From the NCBI GenBank assembly GCA_009602735.1, contig WELA01003501.1, positions 3,787 through 64,516 on the forward strand: DNA of 60,730 nucleotides, written 5' to 3'. A model generated the notes under the pieces. That model made no database searches. It was not told where the DNA came from and saw only the letters and a program-made list of their open reading frames with translations. Within the stretch, counting starts at the first letter, position 1, and the number at the start of each line of letters is the position of its first letter. Shown here piece after piece: positions 36,853-48,405 of this stretch. The position numbers and the translations under genes were made by a program. This DNA is from Mesotaenium endlicherianum (lineage: Eukaryota).

Positions 36853-38150
36853 GTGCACTCCATTGGAGCCGGTGCCAAGGCGGATGCTGATGCCAATGCT
36901 GGTGCTAGTGCTGATGCCAGTGCAAGTGCGGGTGCCGGTGCCGGGGCTGGGGCTGCAGGGGTGCTGGCGTTCTTCTCGGGCTTTGAGAAGCTGGCAGACA
37001 TGACCAGCATCGGCACTCTCTCCTTGATGGGGTCGGTACTACCCCCCTCTTCCCCCCCGGGCCCCCCCACCCTCGCCAACTTCTCTCCCCGTCTCGCGTC
37101 TCTTCTCTTCTTGCAGATGATGTGTGCCACTACTGGGCCAGAGGCTGTTGCCACGCTTTCCTTCTCGAAGGTGGTGGCCTCTGACACCCGTCTTGGGCGT
37201 GCCGTGGTGGTGGTGGGGGGCGGGGAACATGTGGTGTGCAGCCTGCTGTCCCTGGCCATGCTGTTCCGCCGCTACGCGCCGGGCCACAGTGCGTCCCTTC
37301 TCCTATTAGCTCTACCGATTGCTCCCGCACCTGCCTGTCCGTTCGCCTGCACTCGCCCGCGGGGTTGGTCGGCACGCTTTCCAGTTAAGGGAACGTCGTT
37401 GCTGACGGGGCTGCGGTGGGGGTTGGCGATGGGGGCGATGTGCAGAGCCTGTCCGCGAGCGGCACGGAGGCAGGCACCTGAAGCTGCCCTTCAAGCCCGA
37501 CCCCTTTGGCGCCATGCTGGAGGATGCGGGAAAGTGCTGGCTGCTGCTCTCGTACCTCTTCGTCATCTGCGGCTCCTCCATCGGTATGCTGCTGCTCCTT
37601 CCTCCTGCTCCTCCTCCTCCTCCTCCTCCTCCTCCTCCTCCTCCTCCACTGTGAACCATTTCAGCATCGGCTTGATGAGTCCTCTCTCGCTGAGTTAGTG
37701 CGTATGTATGTGCGTGTGCGTGCGTGTGCTCGGCACGGGCTGATGGCGTGGCGGCGGGCGGGCGGGCGGGGGGGCACAGGCTTTGCCGTGTACTGGAACG
37801 AGTCCTCGCACTGGGAGGGCCTCGCCGTCTTTGCGGCGCTCTGGTTCGCCGGCACGCTGGCGCTGTGGCGCACGCTGCCCCTCTGCTACGTGCCCGAGAG
37901 GTGGTGCATTTTCCCGCGGTGCCTGCCGTGGGTGCCCTCGCTGGGCGTGCTCTGTTCCATCGTGCTCATCGGCGGGCTGGGCGACAAGGGCACAGACCCG
38001 TACGAGCGGCTGGCCATCGCGTACGCCATCGGCACCGGCGTGTACCTGCTCTACGGCGTGCACGCCAACTACTGGTACAAGGTCGTGCGCGAGGCCCCCG
38101 GAGAGGAGGCGCACTTGCTGCCCAACAGGAACGTGGGCGATGTCGAGTGA
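33107..38150 (+). CDS. Cationic amino acid transporter (CAT/SLC7 family, APC superfamily), 14 exons, 614 aa: 33107-33250, 33414-33544, 33828-33908, 34133-34156, 34313-34351, 34664-34712, 34928-35102, 35519-35721, 36181-36450, 36676-36775, 36959-37031, 37242-37288, 37446-37583, 37780-38150
   Basis: All junctions are GT-AG with compatible phases; exons sum to 1845 nt = 615 codons including stop. Motifs occur in CAT order: TLTCLGVGNVVATGIF (TM1), GPSVILP…SEFAS, GGGFIYVLNTFG, DYVFGAAAVVRNFS, FFVFNGFDVIALGAEEVRD (TM6), SRILTALARERMIP, KTPVVA, LADMTSIGTL, PWVPSLGV, YLLYGVHA. Exon 1 is the least certain. Confidence 0.88.
34092..34116 (+). repeat. (TGGGG)n intronic repeat, potential G-quadruplex
   Basis: Five G4 runs just upstream of the 24-nt exon acceptor. 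Confidence 0.75.
35218..35350. repeat. Intronic (GT)n/(GC)n microsatellite
   Basis: Alternating purine-pyrimidine tracts in CAT intron 7. Confidence 0.85.
35774..35863 (+). repeat. Tandem duplication (~35-39 bp unit) in CAT intron 8
   Basis: GCCCGCCCGCCCCCGTCTCTGCCCCCTGGGTGGTT twice plus a partial unit. Confidence 0.85.
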
Positions 38151-39953
38151 GTTCTCGTCCTCCCCCCCCCCCTTTTTCCTCCCCGGGCGTCCAAGCGGCT
38201 GGCCTCCCTGTCTGCCCTCTCTGTGTCTGTTTGGGCTGGGCTGAGGGAGGCCCACCATCTCTGGGCTTCCTTCCTTCCTTCCCGGAGAAGTGGACATCAC
38301 ATGTGCGCGCTCTCAGATGGCCAGATTTGGGGGCTTGTTGATATCGACTACCTGTCGCGAATGTTGTGGATCATTGCCATGACATTTATTGCATGCTTGA
38401 GTTGCTTGAGTTGAATGTACATTGTTCGGAACAAGTGAGGGATGGGCAAGGGGAGGGCCTTACATGCGGCTGTGTGCTGTGCGTGTATTCTGCAGAATGG
38501 ATCGCATTCCGAGGGAAGGGATGGTTCACCGCGCTCATTTTGCAGAGCCAGGCAACATGGATGTCTAGGACTAGGAGGAGGGCTAAGAGAGGTGTACGCA
38601 GAATAGATCAAGGTTACGTTCAGACAAGGTAGGCATGCGGACGCTAGGTATATATTTATCCGAGAGGGCTGTGGAAGTACGCTGCACTGCCCTAGGTCAC
38701 GAGGCTTTTGCAGGACAATCTCCACCAAGGAGCCACACCTGCTGAAGGCCCCGTTCATTCTTCTTCCTGTAAGCGTACAGCCGTAAGGCTGTATTTAGTG
38801 TGGTTAGTGTAACATATTTAAGAAGTGGTGCGCAGGTGGCCTCCTTTGAGCCGAGGCCGGTAGGGCTGCCAGCAGCCAGTTGTGATTGTTGGGACACGTG
38901 GCCAGTATGTGAAACCCAAGATGGCTACATGTACATATGTCGTAAGACACTCGTTTCACTTTATCTCGGACTGGCAGACCCTACTGCGCTGCTATGGGCG
39001 GGCTGCAAGTAGATACGTCGCCAACCTAAACGCGACAGCACACATGTAACGACCTGACTGCAATAAGAGAGACTGCAATATTGTAGTCCAATCTGCTTGC
39101 CACCGTGAACTGTCGCCTCTGCACCATGCCTACATGCCACTCCTGTCCATCTGGATCGAAAGCAATAGCAGTAGCATACATCATGTTCAATAGTATGACA
39201 TTATTTGTGATCCACGATTTATTGACAAGCTTCAGGCAGTGGATTGGCAAGGCAAGCGATGGATGTCTTTTGTTGGTCAAAAAACGTACACGTATATGCT
39301 ATGATGAAGCTGGAGGCAAGCCAATCCGTGCGTGAAGGCAACTAAGTGCAAATGAGCGGAAGCCGAAAGACCAGCATGTTTCGACCAAGTTCATGAATGG
39401 CGACAGCAGCCACGATCATTGAGGCGAAGCATTTACGCACAAACCGTCACGAGGCATGCATGCAAGCTGAGTGACGCGACATAACATAAAACTGTCACGA
39501 GCGATGGTTACGAAGCGTGCATGCATGCAGCCCGACAGGCTGTCACTCAGTCACGGCACTTTTGAGAGGAAAGAGCACGCGTGGTGCCTAAGTCTTTCTT
39601 TGCGGGCATCACTGTCGGAGCTGCAAAGTCCGACATCGACTCTTCGATGAGCCCTGCTTCCAAAAGTTTAGCGCACTTTGCTTCTATTATATCCCGTTCC
39701 ACTTTAGGGACGCTTGAAAATAGGTTTTTGTAACGGTGAGCTCAATGGTCATCTGCGAAATAGTGCTATACTGAGATTCATACTGGCACGCGCAGAACAG
39801 TCCTTGTTCCTAGCTAATATCACTGTAAATTGGGTGGCCTCTTCTTCCGTTAACTGCGATCCTAGATTCCAAGTGGGGCGCGTGGAATCCAGGACTGAAG
39901 TATCAAAAGTTGAGACCGCTAATTGCTGAGTACCTCCTGCTGTACAACTCAAT

Positions 39954-41086
39954 GTGTCTCTAGGTCGAATTTGTGACCGGCTGAATGCGGCAGAAATTGT
40001 TGCTGCAAGAGCGAGAGGGACTGTTGAGGACACTACTCAGCGGGTGGATGCCACTGCTGCTGTTGCATTTGCTAGACTCCCACCTCAGAGTGTAGATCTG
40101 GGAGCATTATTTGTGCAAATGCAATTGCGAATGGCGAGCATGTATCAGTCCCAACAGGAGGACAAAAGAATCATTATGTCTTTGCCGCGGGACAGAGACC
40201 AACTAGGTTTTCAAACCATTGGTGGTGGTGGCAGAGGGCCAAGTAAGCCTAAGCCACAACTCCCCAGGACTATGATCCTGAGGGAAACAAAAGGTATTAC
40301 CTGATCAAGTTCCTCGCTGATGTCGAGCAGTGGCTGGAGAACTACCCAGAGCTGCAGGATTACAAGAAGGTTAGGCACACTGGTGCTCTACTGAAAGGTA
40401 GTGTAGCGGACTGGTGGCTTTATTGGAAGGGAGAGCGTAAGGCTCAGCAACTCGGTGACCCTACTTGGGTAGAGTTTGTCGAGAAACTGCATGAGAAATT
40501 TGATGTCATCAATCAGCAGGAGAAAGCTATCTATGCAATGATCTCCTTGACACTGAAGCAGACCACTTTAGTTGCTGAGTATGCTCAGAAGTTCCAGGAG
40601 AACATGATGAAGCCGCCAGACTTGCCAGAGCGTTATAGGATAGGATACTTTAGGTATGGCTTGAAATCCGAAGTCTTTGGTCATTTTGCGGAAAAGAAGT
40701 ATGAAAAATTGGCTGACTTGATCCAAGACGCTGATGCCTGGGATCAGCAGCAGTTCAATCACAAGCGCCAGAGTAATACTTTGGTGTCTAAGATTGTCAA
40801 AAAGCCTTACAGTTCCTACAATGCAATTGAAAGAGACCAGGCTGAGGATGATGAGGGTGGTGAGTACGAGTATGAGTATAATGCTATACAGTCTAGAGGG
40901 AGAGGTGGTTACTCTTGAGGTGGCTATGGAAGAGGTGGTGGTAGGACTAAGCCGAGACCAGCCTCAGCAAAGTCTGTTTGCTTCCATTGCCAGCAATTGG
41001 GCCACTTCAGAGAGCAGTGTCTAGTCAAGCACCTTCCAAAGGTCAAGAGAAAGAACCAACCTTTAAAAGACAGCAACAATCAATAA
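39954..41086 (+). pseudogene. gag: D3 gag (frameshifted/stopped) with CCHC knuckle
   Basis: LLKGSVADWW, LKQTTLVAEYAQKF, FRYGLK, and CFHCQQLGHFREQC at ~40979-41020. Confidence 0.82.
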
Positions 41087-44000
41087 TCCAGTCTACTGGC
41101 TGTGAGAATGCTAGAGATAGTAAGTCGTCACTAGCTGCTCTCGTAGCAGGTATTATGGGTCCTACTAAACTGGATTCACTATGCATGCCTGACAACCAGA
41201 TAGAGGAGACCATCAGCAATATAGACCTCCAGAGAGTGCACACTATGGATGATCTTGTTCCACCTGATGTCCGACATATCTTTGATAAGTCAGGAGAACA
41301 ATGCGAAAGTCAAGAAAAGACAGTCCCCCCTATCCTACTGCATTGCATGATAGCAGGTGGGAAGGTGAGGGCATTTGTTGACGGAGGGGCGTCTCATACT
41401 TTTATCCAAAAGGACTTATTTAAGCGGCTAAGGGTGCCTAATGTCATCTAAGGGAATAGAAAAATATTCCTTGGAGATGCCTCAAGTATCCCGGGAGGAA
41501 TTATAACCAAGTCTATTGAGGTCCAATTAGGTTCTAGCATTGCAGTTCTAAGTGGAACGCTTACATTTGAGGTACTCAACACTGGCTTTTATGATCTCGT
41601 GCTAGGCAGGTCCTGGCTTAACAGACATCAAGCTGAAGTGTGTTGGAGCAGAGGTACAGTTAAAATGAGAGGAGCCAGTGATGGGCACACTAACTTGGCA
41701 CCCACCAGTGCTCTTCCTCTTTTCCTGTATGGATGGCAAATGAAGGAAAAGAAGAGGCTTCCAAAAGGATGCAAATTGCTGAATGCAAAGGAGTTCATCG
41801 AAAGCTGGAACCAGAAGGAAGACAGAAAGTTTTGTCTGCTGCTAAGAGAGGTACCTCCTTGACTCAAAGAAGTGGTGGAGAAAAAGATAAGTTCTCCGGA
41901 GCACCCTACTGCTGCAAAAATTGTTGCTCAGTATACTGATGTTTTTAATATGCCTCCAGGACTACCCCCTAAGAGGGAATTAGATCACAAGATTGATTAA
42001 TTACCTGGGAGTCAGCCACCCTGGCAACGCACTTATGGCTTGTCTTACGTGGAGAGCGAAGAGTTGAAAACACAGATTGCAGAGCTTGAGGAAAATAGTT
42101 ATATATCCCCCAGTAAATCACCTTATGGCGCACCCATCCTATTTGTTAAGAAAAAGGATGGAAGTATGCGGATTTGCGTTGATTACAGAGCTCTTAACAC
42201 AATTACAGTAAAGAACAAGTATGCTTTACCCAAAATCTAGGACTTGCTTGATACCCTGTTTGGTGCCAAAGTATCTAGTAAGATAGATCTCAAGAGTAAT
42301 TATCATCACATCAGAATTGTTGAGGGAGATGAACACAAGACTGCCTTCCGCACACGTTATGGACACTATGACTTAACGTGATGCCATTCGGACTGACTAA
42401 TGCTCCTGCAACCTTCATGGGTGCTATGAATGACATTTTCAGACCTTACCTGGACAAGTTTGTGCAAGTCTTCCTGGATGATATTTTAATTTTCTCTAAA
42501 GATGAAGCTCAGCATGTTGAACACTTAAAGACAATCATAAACACTCCGAGAAGAAATCAGTTATATGCTAAAATGAACAAGTGTGATTTCTTTAAAGATA
42601 GTATTGAATTCTTAGGCCACGTTGTCAGCAAAGAAGGCATCTGTGTGGATCCTAAGAAAGTCCAGACCATAAAGGACTGGCCAGTACCACAGTCTGTCTT
42701 TGAAGTTAGATCCTTCTTTGGGTTGGCTAACCACTACAGGAGCTATGTTGAGAATTGTTCTACAAAGGCCAGTAAATTGACTGACCTTACTAAGAAAGAC
42801 ATAGGGTATGTGTGGGGGGAAGAGCAGCAGGCTGCCTTCCAGACCCTTAAAAATGCTCTTTGTTCTGCCCCAGTCCTAGCCGTGTATGACCCCAGCAAGC
42901 CTGTGTAGGTGATTACTGATGCTTCTGACTTTGCCATGGGTGCTATTTTGTTGCAGCCTACTGACAAATCCACAAAGGATGGTAAGGTACTGCAGGAGTG
43001 GCACCCTGTGCTGTATGAGTCTATGAAATTCAACCCAGCTGAGATTAATTATTCTCTGCATGATGAAGAGCTGCTTGCTATCATTCATGTGCTCACACAG
43101 TGGGGAGCATACTTACATGGTAAAGCTTTTAAGGTGATCACAGATCATCTAGCTCTGACTCACTTTCAGAAGAAGTCCAAGCTGTCGAGGAGGGAGAACC
43201 GCTGGAGCCAGATGCTGCAGTTCCAAGTCCAGATTGACTACAAACCAGGGAATTTGAATCCTGCTGATGCACTCTCTAGAAAACCTGACTTGCAAGAAAG
43301 GAACTTCAGTCAGCATGCTGTAGTTAAGTTCTTTGTGCACTCACTTCACTCAAGGTCAAAAAGTCCTTCCTTGAACAACTTAGAAAGGCCTACCTTTCTG
43401 ACCCAACATTTGAGCACAGTTCCACGAATGGTGTGTGTCCTGCTACTGCACTCGGGTATAGGCTTAAGGGAGGGGTTCGGGTGACTGAAACCGCTTCAGG
43501 CAGAATGAAGCTGGTCATTCCTAATAACTTGGAATTAAAGTCACTCTTATTGAGTCAGGCACATGACAGTTTATTGGGTGGGCATTTGGGGCAGGCCAAA
43601 ACTGTTGGCAAACTGGCAAAACATTATCATTGGGATGGGTTGCCTCGGGAGGTCTTGAAACATGTTAAGTCTTGTGATCAGTGCCAGAGAAATAAGCCTA
43701 GGCACACACCACCCGGGGGTCTTTTATAACCACTGCCCATATCAGCGAGACGCTGGGAAACAATATCTATGGACTGGGTGGTAACTCTACCAAGAACTGC
43801 CAATGGGCATGATTCGATACCGGTAGTCGTGGATAAATTGACAAAAATGGTCAATTTCATCCCCACAACTGTCAAAGTAACTGCACTCAAAATTGTGAGA
43901 CAATTCTACAACCATGTAGTATGCCAATATGGGCTACCCTCTAATATCATCTCAGACAAAGACTCAAAATTTACCTCTAAGTTTTGGAGAGCTTTAATGG

Positions 44001-44870
44001 GGCTAATGGGAGTCAAACAGCTGCTCAGCACAGCAAACCACCCTCAGACTGATGGGCAGACTAAAAGAACTAACCGAGTTCTGCAGGAGGTGCTGAGAGC
44101 ATATATTAACCAACAACAAGATAATTGGAATGACCTGTTGCCTCAAATTCAATTTGCGGTCAACAGTGCGGTGCACGCGTCAACGGGAAAGACCCCTTTT
44201 GTACAGAGTCTGGGTAGAGTCCCTAAGTCTCCTTTAGATGTGCTAGGGGAGTCTTTAACTCACTCTGAGGGGATTGACAATTCCGTGTCTCTCCAGTTAA
44301 CTCAGGTTTTTGCCAATACCTTGTCAGAAGTCCAGTGAAACCTACACACAGTCCAAGAAAATCAACAAAAATACGCAAATCAACACTGTCGAGAGCTGAC
44401 ATTTTCTAAGGGCGATTTGGTCAAACTGCATTCTCAACACCTGTACCTGCCTGGTGTGGTCAAGAAAGAGCTTGGTCCGATCTGGGTCGGTCCATACTCG
44501 GTGGTGCGCCGTGTCGGTCAGAATGCTTACAAACTGAACATGTCAGCGGAATACAAGGGTCACCCAGTCTTTAATGTCTCGTTCCTGGAACCGTACATCA
44601 AAGGTGACACACTGTTCATAGGTCGGTAACCTGTCCAACCGGGACCGGTGCCCGCTGTCAGAGATGGTGACCCTGAGGAATATGAGGTCGAGGACATTTC
44701 AGACGCTCGCTTTGTCCGTCGATCATCTAAATATGTCATGAAATATCTGGTCCGATGGAAGGGTTACGATGCCTCTGGGAATACTTGGGAGTTTAAGGAC
44801 CATTTGACCAATGCCAAAGGGGCGTTGGAACGGTTCCACCTTCGGGTGGTTGATTCACCTCCCGAACTGT
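41062..44870 (+). pseudogene. pol: D3 pol (PR, RT, RH, INT, chromodomain), many stops and frameshifts
   Basis: ORF fragments from 40978..41451 to 44648..44971 give the Gypsy domain order; chromodomain EYEVEDI…YLVRWKGY…NTWE. Confidence 0.93.
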
Positions 44871-45253
44871 CATTTCAGTTGACATGGGAAGGTGACAGGA
44901 GATCCTGTCTCCATTTAAGTTGGAGGGAAAAATACATGGCAATTAGTGTGCGACAAAGGGACAATTTCTGAATCCTAAATGTCAGCATAGTGACAGATGG
45001 GACAGCCTGGCCCACATCAAGCAACGTTGGCGGAATGAAAAAGGGACTCGCACAGCAATACATCACCTAACTCACCCTACACACATTCATGCGTTTATTT
45101 TTAATCGCACCGCAGCTACGTAAACTCCTAGCAATCACCCTGAAAGGTAAACGGGAACAATCTACCATAGTAATACAAACTTGCTTCCCTTCCTGCAACT
45201 CCTGTGACAAAGATGGAGATCCTACTAATTGGTGCCCTGGTTACATGTACAGG

Positions 45254-46920
45254 ATGGCTCCCACCACACAAAAGGAAGACTGAAAGCGCAAGGCAAAAGA
45301 AGCCAGGAGGACTATGGAGCAATACCAGAAAGAGCTGGCGGCGACGTCCCTCACCAGGAGAGAACAAGAAAGGGTCCGCAGACAACAAGAGGCGGCAGAA
45401 GAAGCACAGAGGAAGAAGGAGCAGGAAGCGGAAAACCTCAGCAAAGCTGAGGAGGAGAGACAGAAGAAACAACAAGAAGAAGCGGCGGCGGCAAAGGAGG
45501 AGAGAAGAAAAAAGGCTGAAGCTGATAGGCATAAGAGCTTGGCCACTTACAGATATACTGTGGTGGGTGGCCAAACCTTTGATAACCTGAAGGAAGCAAA
45601 ACTAGCAGCCCAGGAAATCAACAAGCTGGAACAGACAACACTTCTACAGAGGGAAGAAGCTGAAGCACTGGATAGGTACATTAAGACACACACTGGTGTG
45701 GTCCTTTACAAAGCTTATGCCAAGATGGTGGGCTATACAGCAGAGCAGGTCCGGTACCTTGCAGCTGAATCGGAGAACAAGCCAATTCCGCTATGGGGAA
45801 TAGTAGGAGATAAGAGACTCATCAGGATGGTGAGCATGCGGCCCAATAGCTTTAAGGATACGGTAATACACCTCACACTACTGCAAACTTACAATGAAGT
45901 TAAGAGGAGGAGCCAAGAGTACTTGGCCAAAGAAGAAGAACTCCAAATGTTCTCTCCCCACTGGTTCCCTTGTAAGCTGAAAAAGGCTGAGCATGGACCA
46001 CAGTACTACCAGCAACCCCCAGGCTGGAGGTGGATGACCATCACCAACAAAAAGCAGGAGTGTGACCGAGCCTAACCAAACGACTTCCACTATGGACTAG
46101 ACGGCTACCTCATCCTACTACCTCACATTGCCCCGTGGGACCCCAGGCTGAATGGCTGCCTGAGTGATATAAATGCTGAGACCAAAGAGCACAGGAGGAG
46201 GGGGAGAGACTACTTCTCTAAGGGGAAGCATGCCTTTGTCAAATGGGCGAAGAATGCAGGCCGGATAGATATCAGCAGGCTGAAGGCCAAGCATCCTCCA
46301 GCTCGTCCTAAGAAAGGGAGGTCAGTAGATTTCTCCATGTCTACCAGGAAGCAGGATGACTCGGTGGACGAGACTCCTACCCTCTCAGAGGAGGAAGATG
46401 AGGAGGATGAGGAAGAAGAGAAGCATCAGGATCTGGTACTCAGGAGACCCAGGGGCAGGCAAGAGCAGGGTTTCCTAAGGAGCCAAGATCAGGTGTATGG
46501 AATGTGACCCCGATCATGGAGGCAACAGTTCCCGCACTTGCTTCCCCAGCCCACCTGCCCAAGCAGGGGCAGAAGTTGATCTGACTGTATTTGGCAGCAG
46601 ACAAAGGCAAAATCCCCGAGAGGACAAGGGTGCCAGAAGAGGGACACGCGGGGTGGCCAGAGGTATGCCGGCCTCCCCCTTTGCTCACGAACATGTACTT
46701 CTTGCCAATGTATTTCAGCATCCTATTAGAATGCCTGCCTATGTGGGGATCAACACCCAGGTGGTTGAAGAGCAGGCTACAATCCTTTGTTCTCCTCAAG
46801 GTCCGACTTTAGAACAAACAGGGTTCTTTAAAAGGCCAGCTGACAGACCTACAGGGCTGTCCAAATCTAGGTCCAGATCTCAGTCTCCTGATCCTGAAGT
46901 CCCAGGGACCAACCCCCTAG
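45254..46920 (+). pseudogene. Family D ORF3, type 1, full-length but disrupted copy (~555 codons)
   Basis: ATG at 45254 (MAPTTQKED*KRKAKE…); ORF 45314..46075 is a charged coiled-coil followed by the conserved core; it continues past a stop at 46073 as HYGLDGYLIL.PHIAPWDPRL…; ORF 46497..47036 carries the C-terminus. Confidence 0.82.
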
Positions 46921-47661
46921 ACATCAAAACATCCTCCAGTCAAGCCTTGCTGGAGGTCTCTCTGTTTGCACCCCACAACGGCAGTGGACTGAGGGTAGAG
47001 GTGACACCTCCCATCACTAGTAATCCCCACGGCTAGGCAACAGTGTTGAAGCAAGAGGCAGGCGGTGGGGGGTTAGTCCTGTTAAGTTCCCTGACCCAAT
47101 ACTTCTGCAGTTTAATGTTGTCAAGTCGACAACAAGTTAAGTTGGAGGGATTGTAATGAATCAGTATATTGATAGGTATAATATTCATTTGAATATAATA
47201 GTTAACTAAGTTCAGCCTGCTGAACTTTTATTAATATACAATCTGCTGGACATAATGAAAATATCAGTTTAATGACTCAGTCGGAAGCAGCAGGCTGAAG
47301 TCAACTTAAGTCAGCTTGCTGACACATTCTTTGACAGCCAGCTGACTTCCGTATTCGGTAGCAGCGAACAGCCTAGATATGCATTTAAGTGTGATATGCT
47401 AGATGAATGGCCAGATGACATCCTTAGGATGGATGGCGATTCGGGATGATGGGAGATGGCGGTGGATTTGGTTAACCGAGGTCCTACCAACGTGGTTAAC
47501 TCCCGGGTAGGCGGTGCCATCGCACTTGCCGTTGAACAGTAAACTCATTCCATGTACATATGCTAGGTATTGCTCTCGAGTTCGGCATTTGGAAACGAGG
47601 CCAACTCTCTGGTACAGCTTACTAAGAGGTATTTGAATCCAAAGCGAGAAGCCATTGATAT

Positions 47662-48405
47662 TAAAAGGGGCAGAGTGCCCTAGTGGAAGCGTAGTGACTC
47701 ACGAGGAAAAGAACTAGTCGCAATCATACTAAAGAGTGCAGCAGCATATCACTAAGGAAGCTTGGGAAAATTACTTGACATTTTGACTGGCAAGAGATTG
47801 CTCACAAATAAACTAGGGTGAAAGGCCTTGTCATTACAAACCCGTAGAAATTTACAGATGTGAGAACTGATAAGAAACAAAGAAGTTATACCTATTTATA
47901 ACTTTCTGCCTAAGTGCTCCTCTCTAGGAGGAAGCTACGGAATTTCTTAAGTGTGCGTCAAATCGTCCCTTCCAGAACATTCGTGAGAAGGCCAGATCAA
48001 TCTCATCTGACGTGTTGGGTCGAATTGACGTCCACATACATGCATCGACATTACTAGAATATTCTATCTTAGAAGCGCTAGGCTAAATCGAAACTTCTAG
48101 GTCAATCGACCTAGTCGGCACTCCGCGTCAGCCGAACTTACGTGAAGGTTCGAGTTCATTCTAACGGGCCAGATCGCTCGACGCTGTCGGTCAATCCGAC
48201 GGTCGCGCTCACCGCAATTTAAGGACAGTCGTCAACCAACCTCAAAACTAATTAAACTTCGAAAATCCATAACTCTCTCAATACTTGACCAAATTCGATG
48301 AACTTTTTATCAAAATTACCACAAAAATGGACTCTATACGAATATACAATCAAAACATACTTTCATGAAACTCAAAAATGCACTTTATAAACCTATGACC
48401 TTACA
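47662..48405 (-). mobile_element. Family B solo LTR inserted in the D3 LTR
   Basis: Single B LTR flanked by perfect TSD GATAT (47657-47661 / 48406-48410). Confidence 0.95.

Noticed and set aside
36151..37698. 515-aa ORF as a single CDS with polyQ/polyS tracts
   Set aside because: It reads through introns of the CAT gene; the low-complexity parts are intronic microsatellites bounded by GT-AG.
45314..46075. ORF3 as a retroviral-type envelope gene
   Set aside because: Env-like position, but no visible signal peptide or hydrophobic transmembrane segment; the protein is highly charged.
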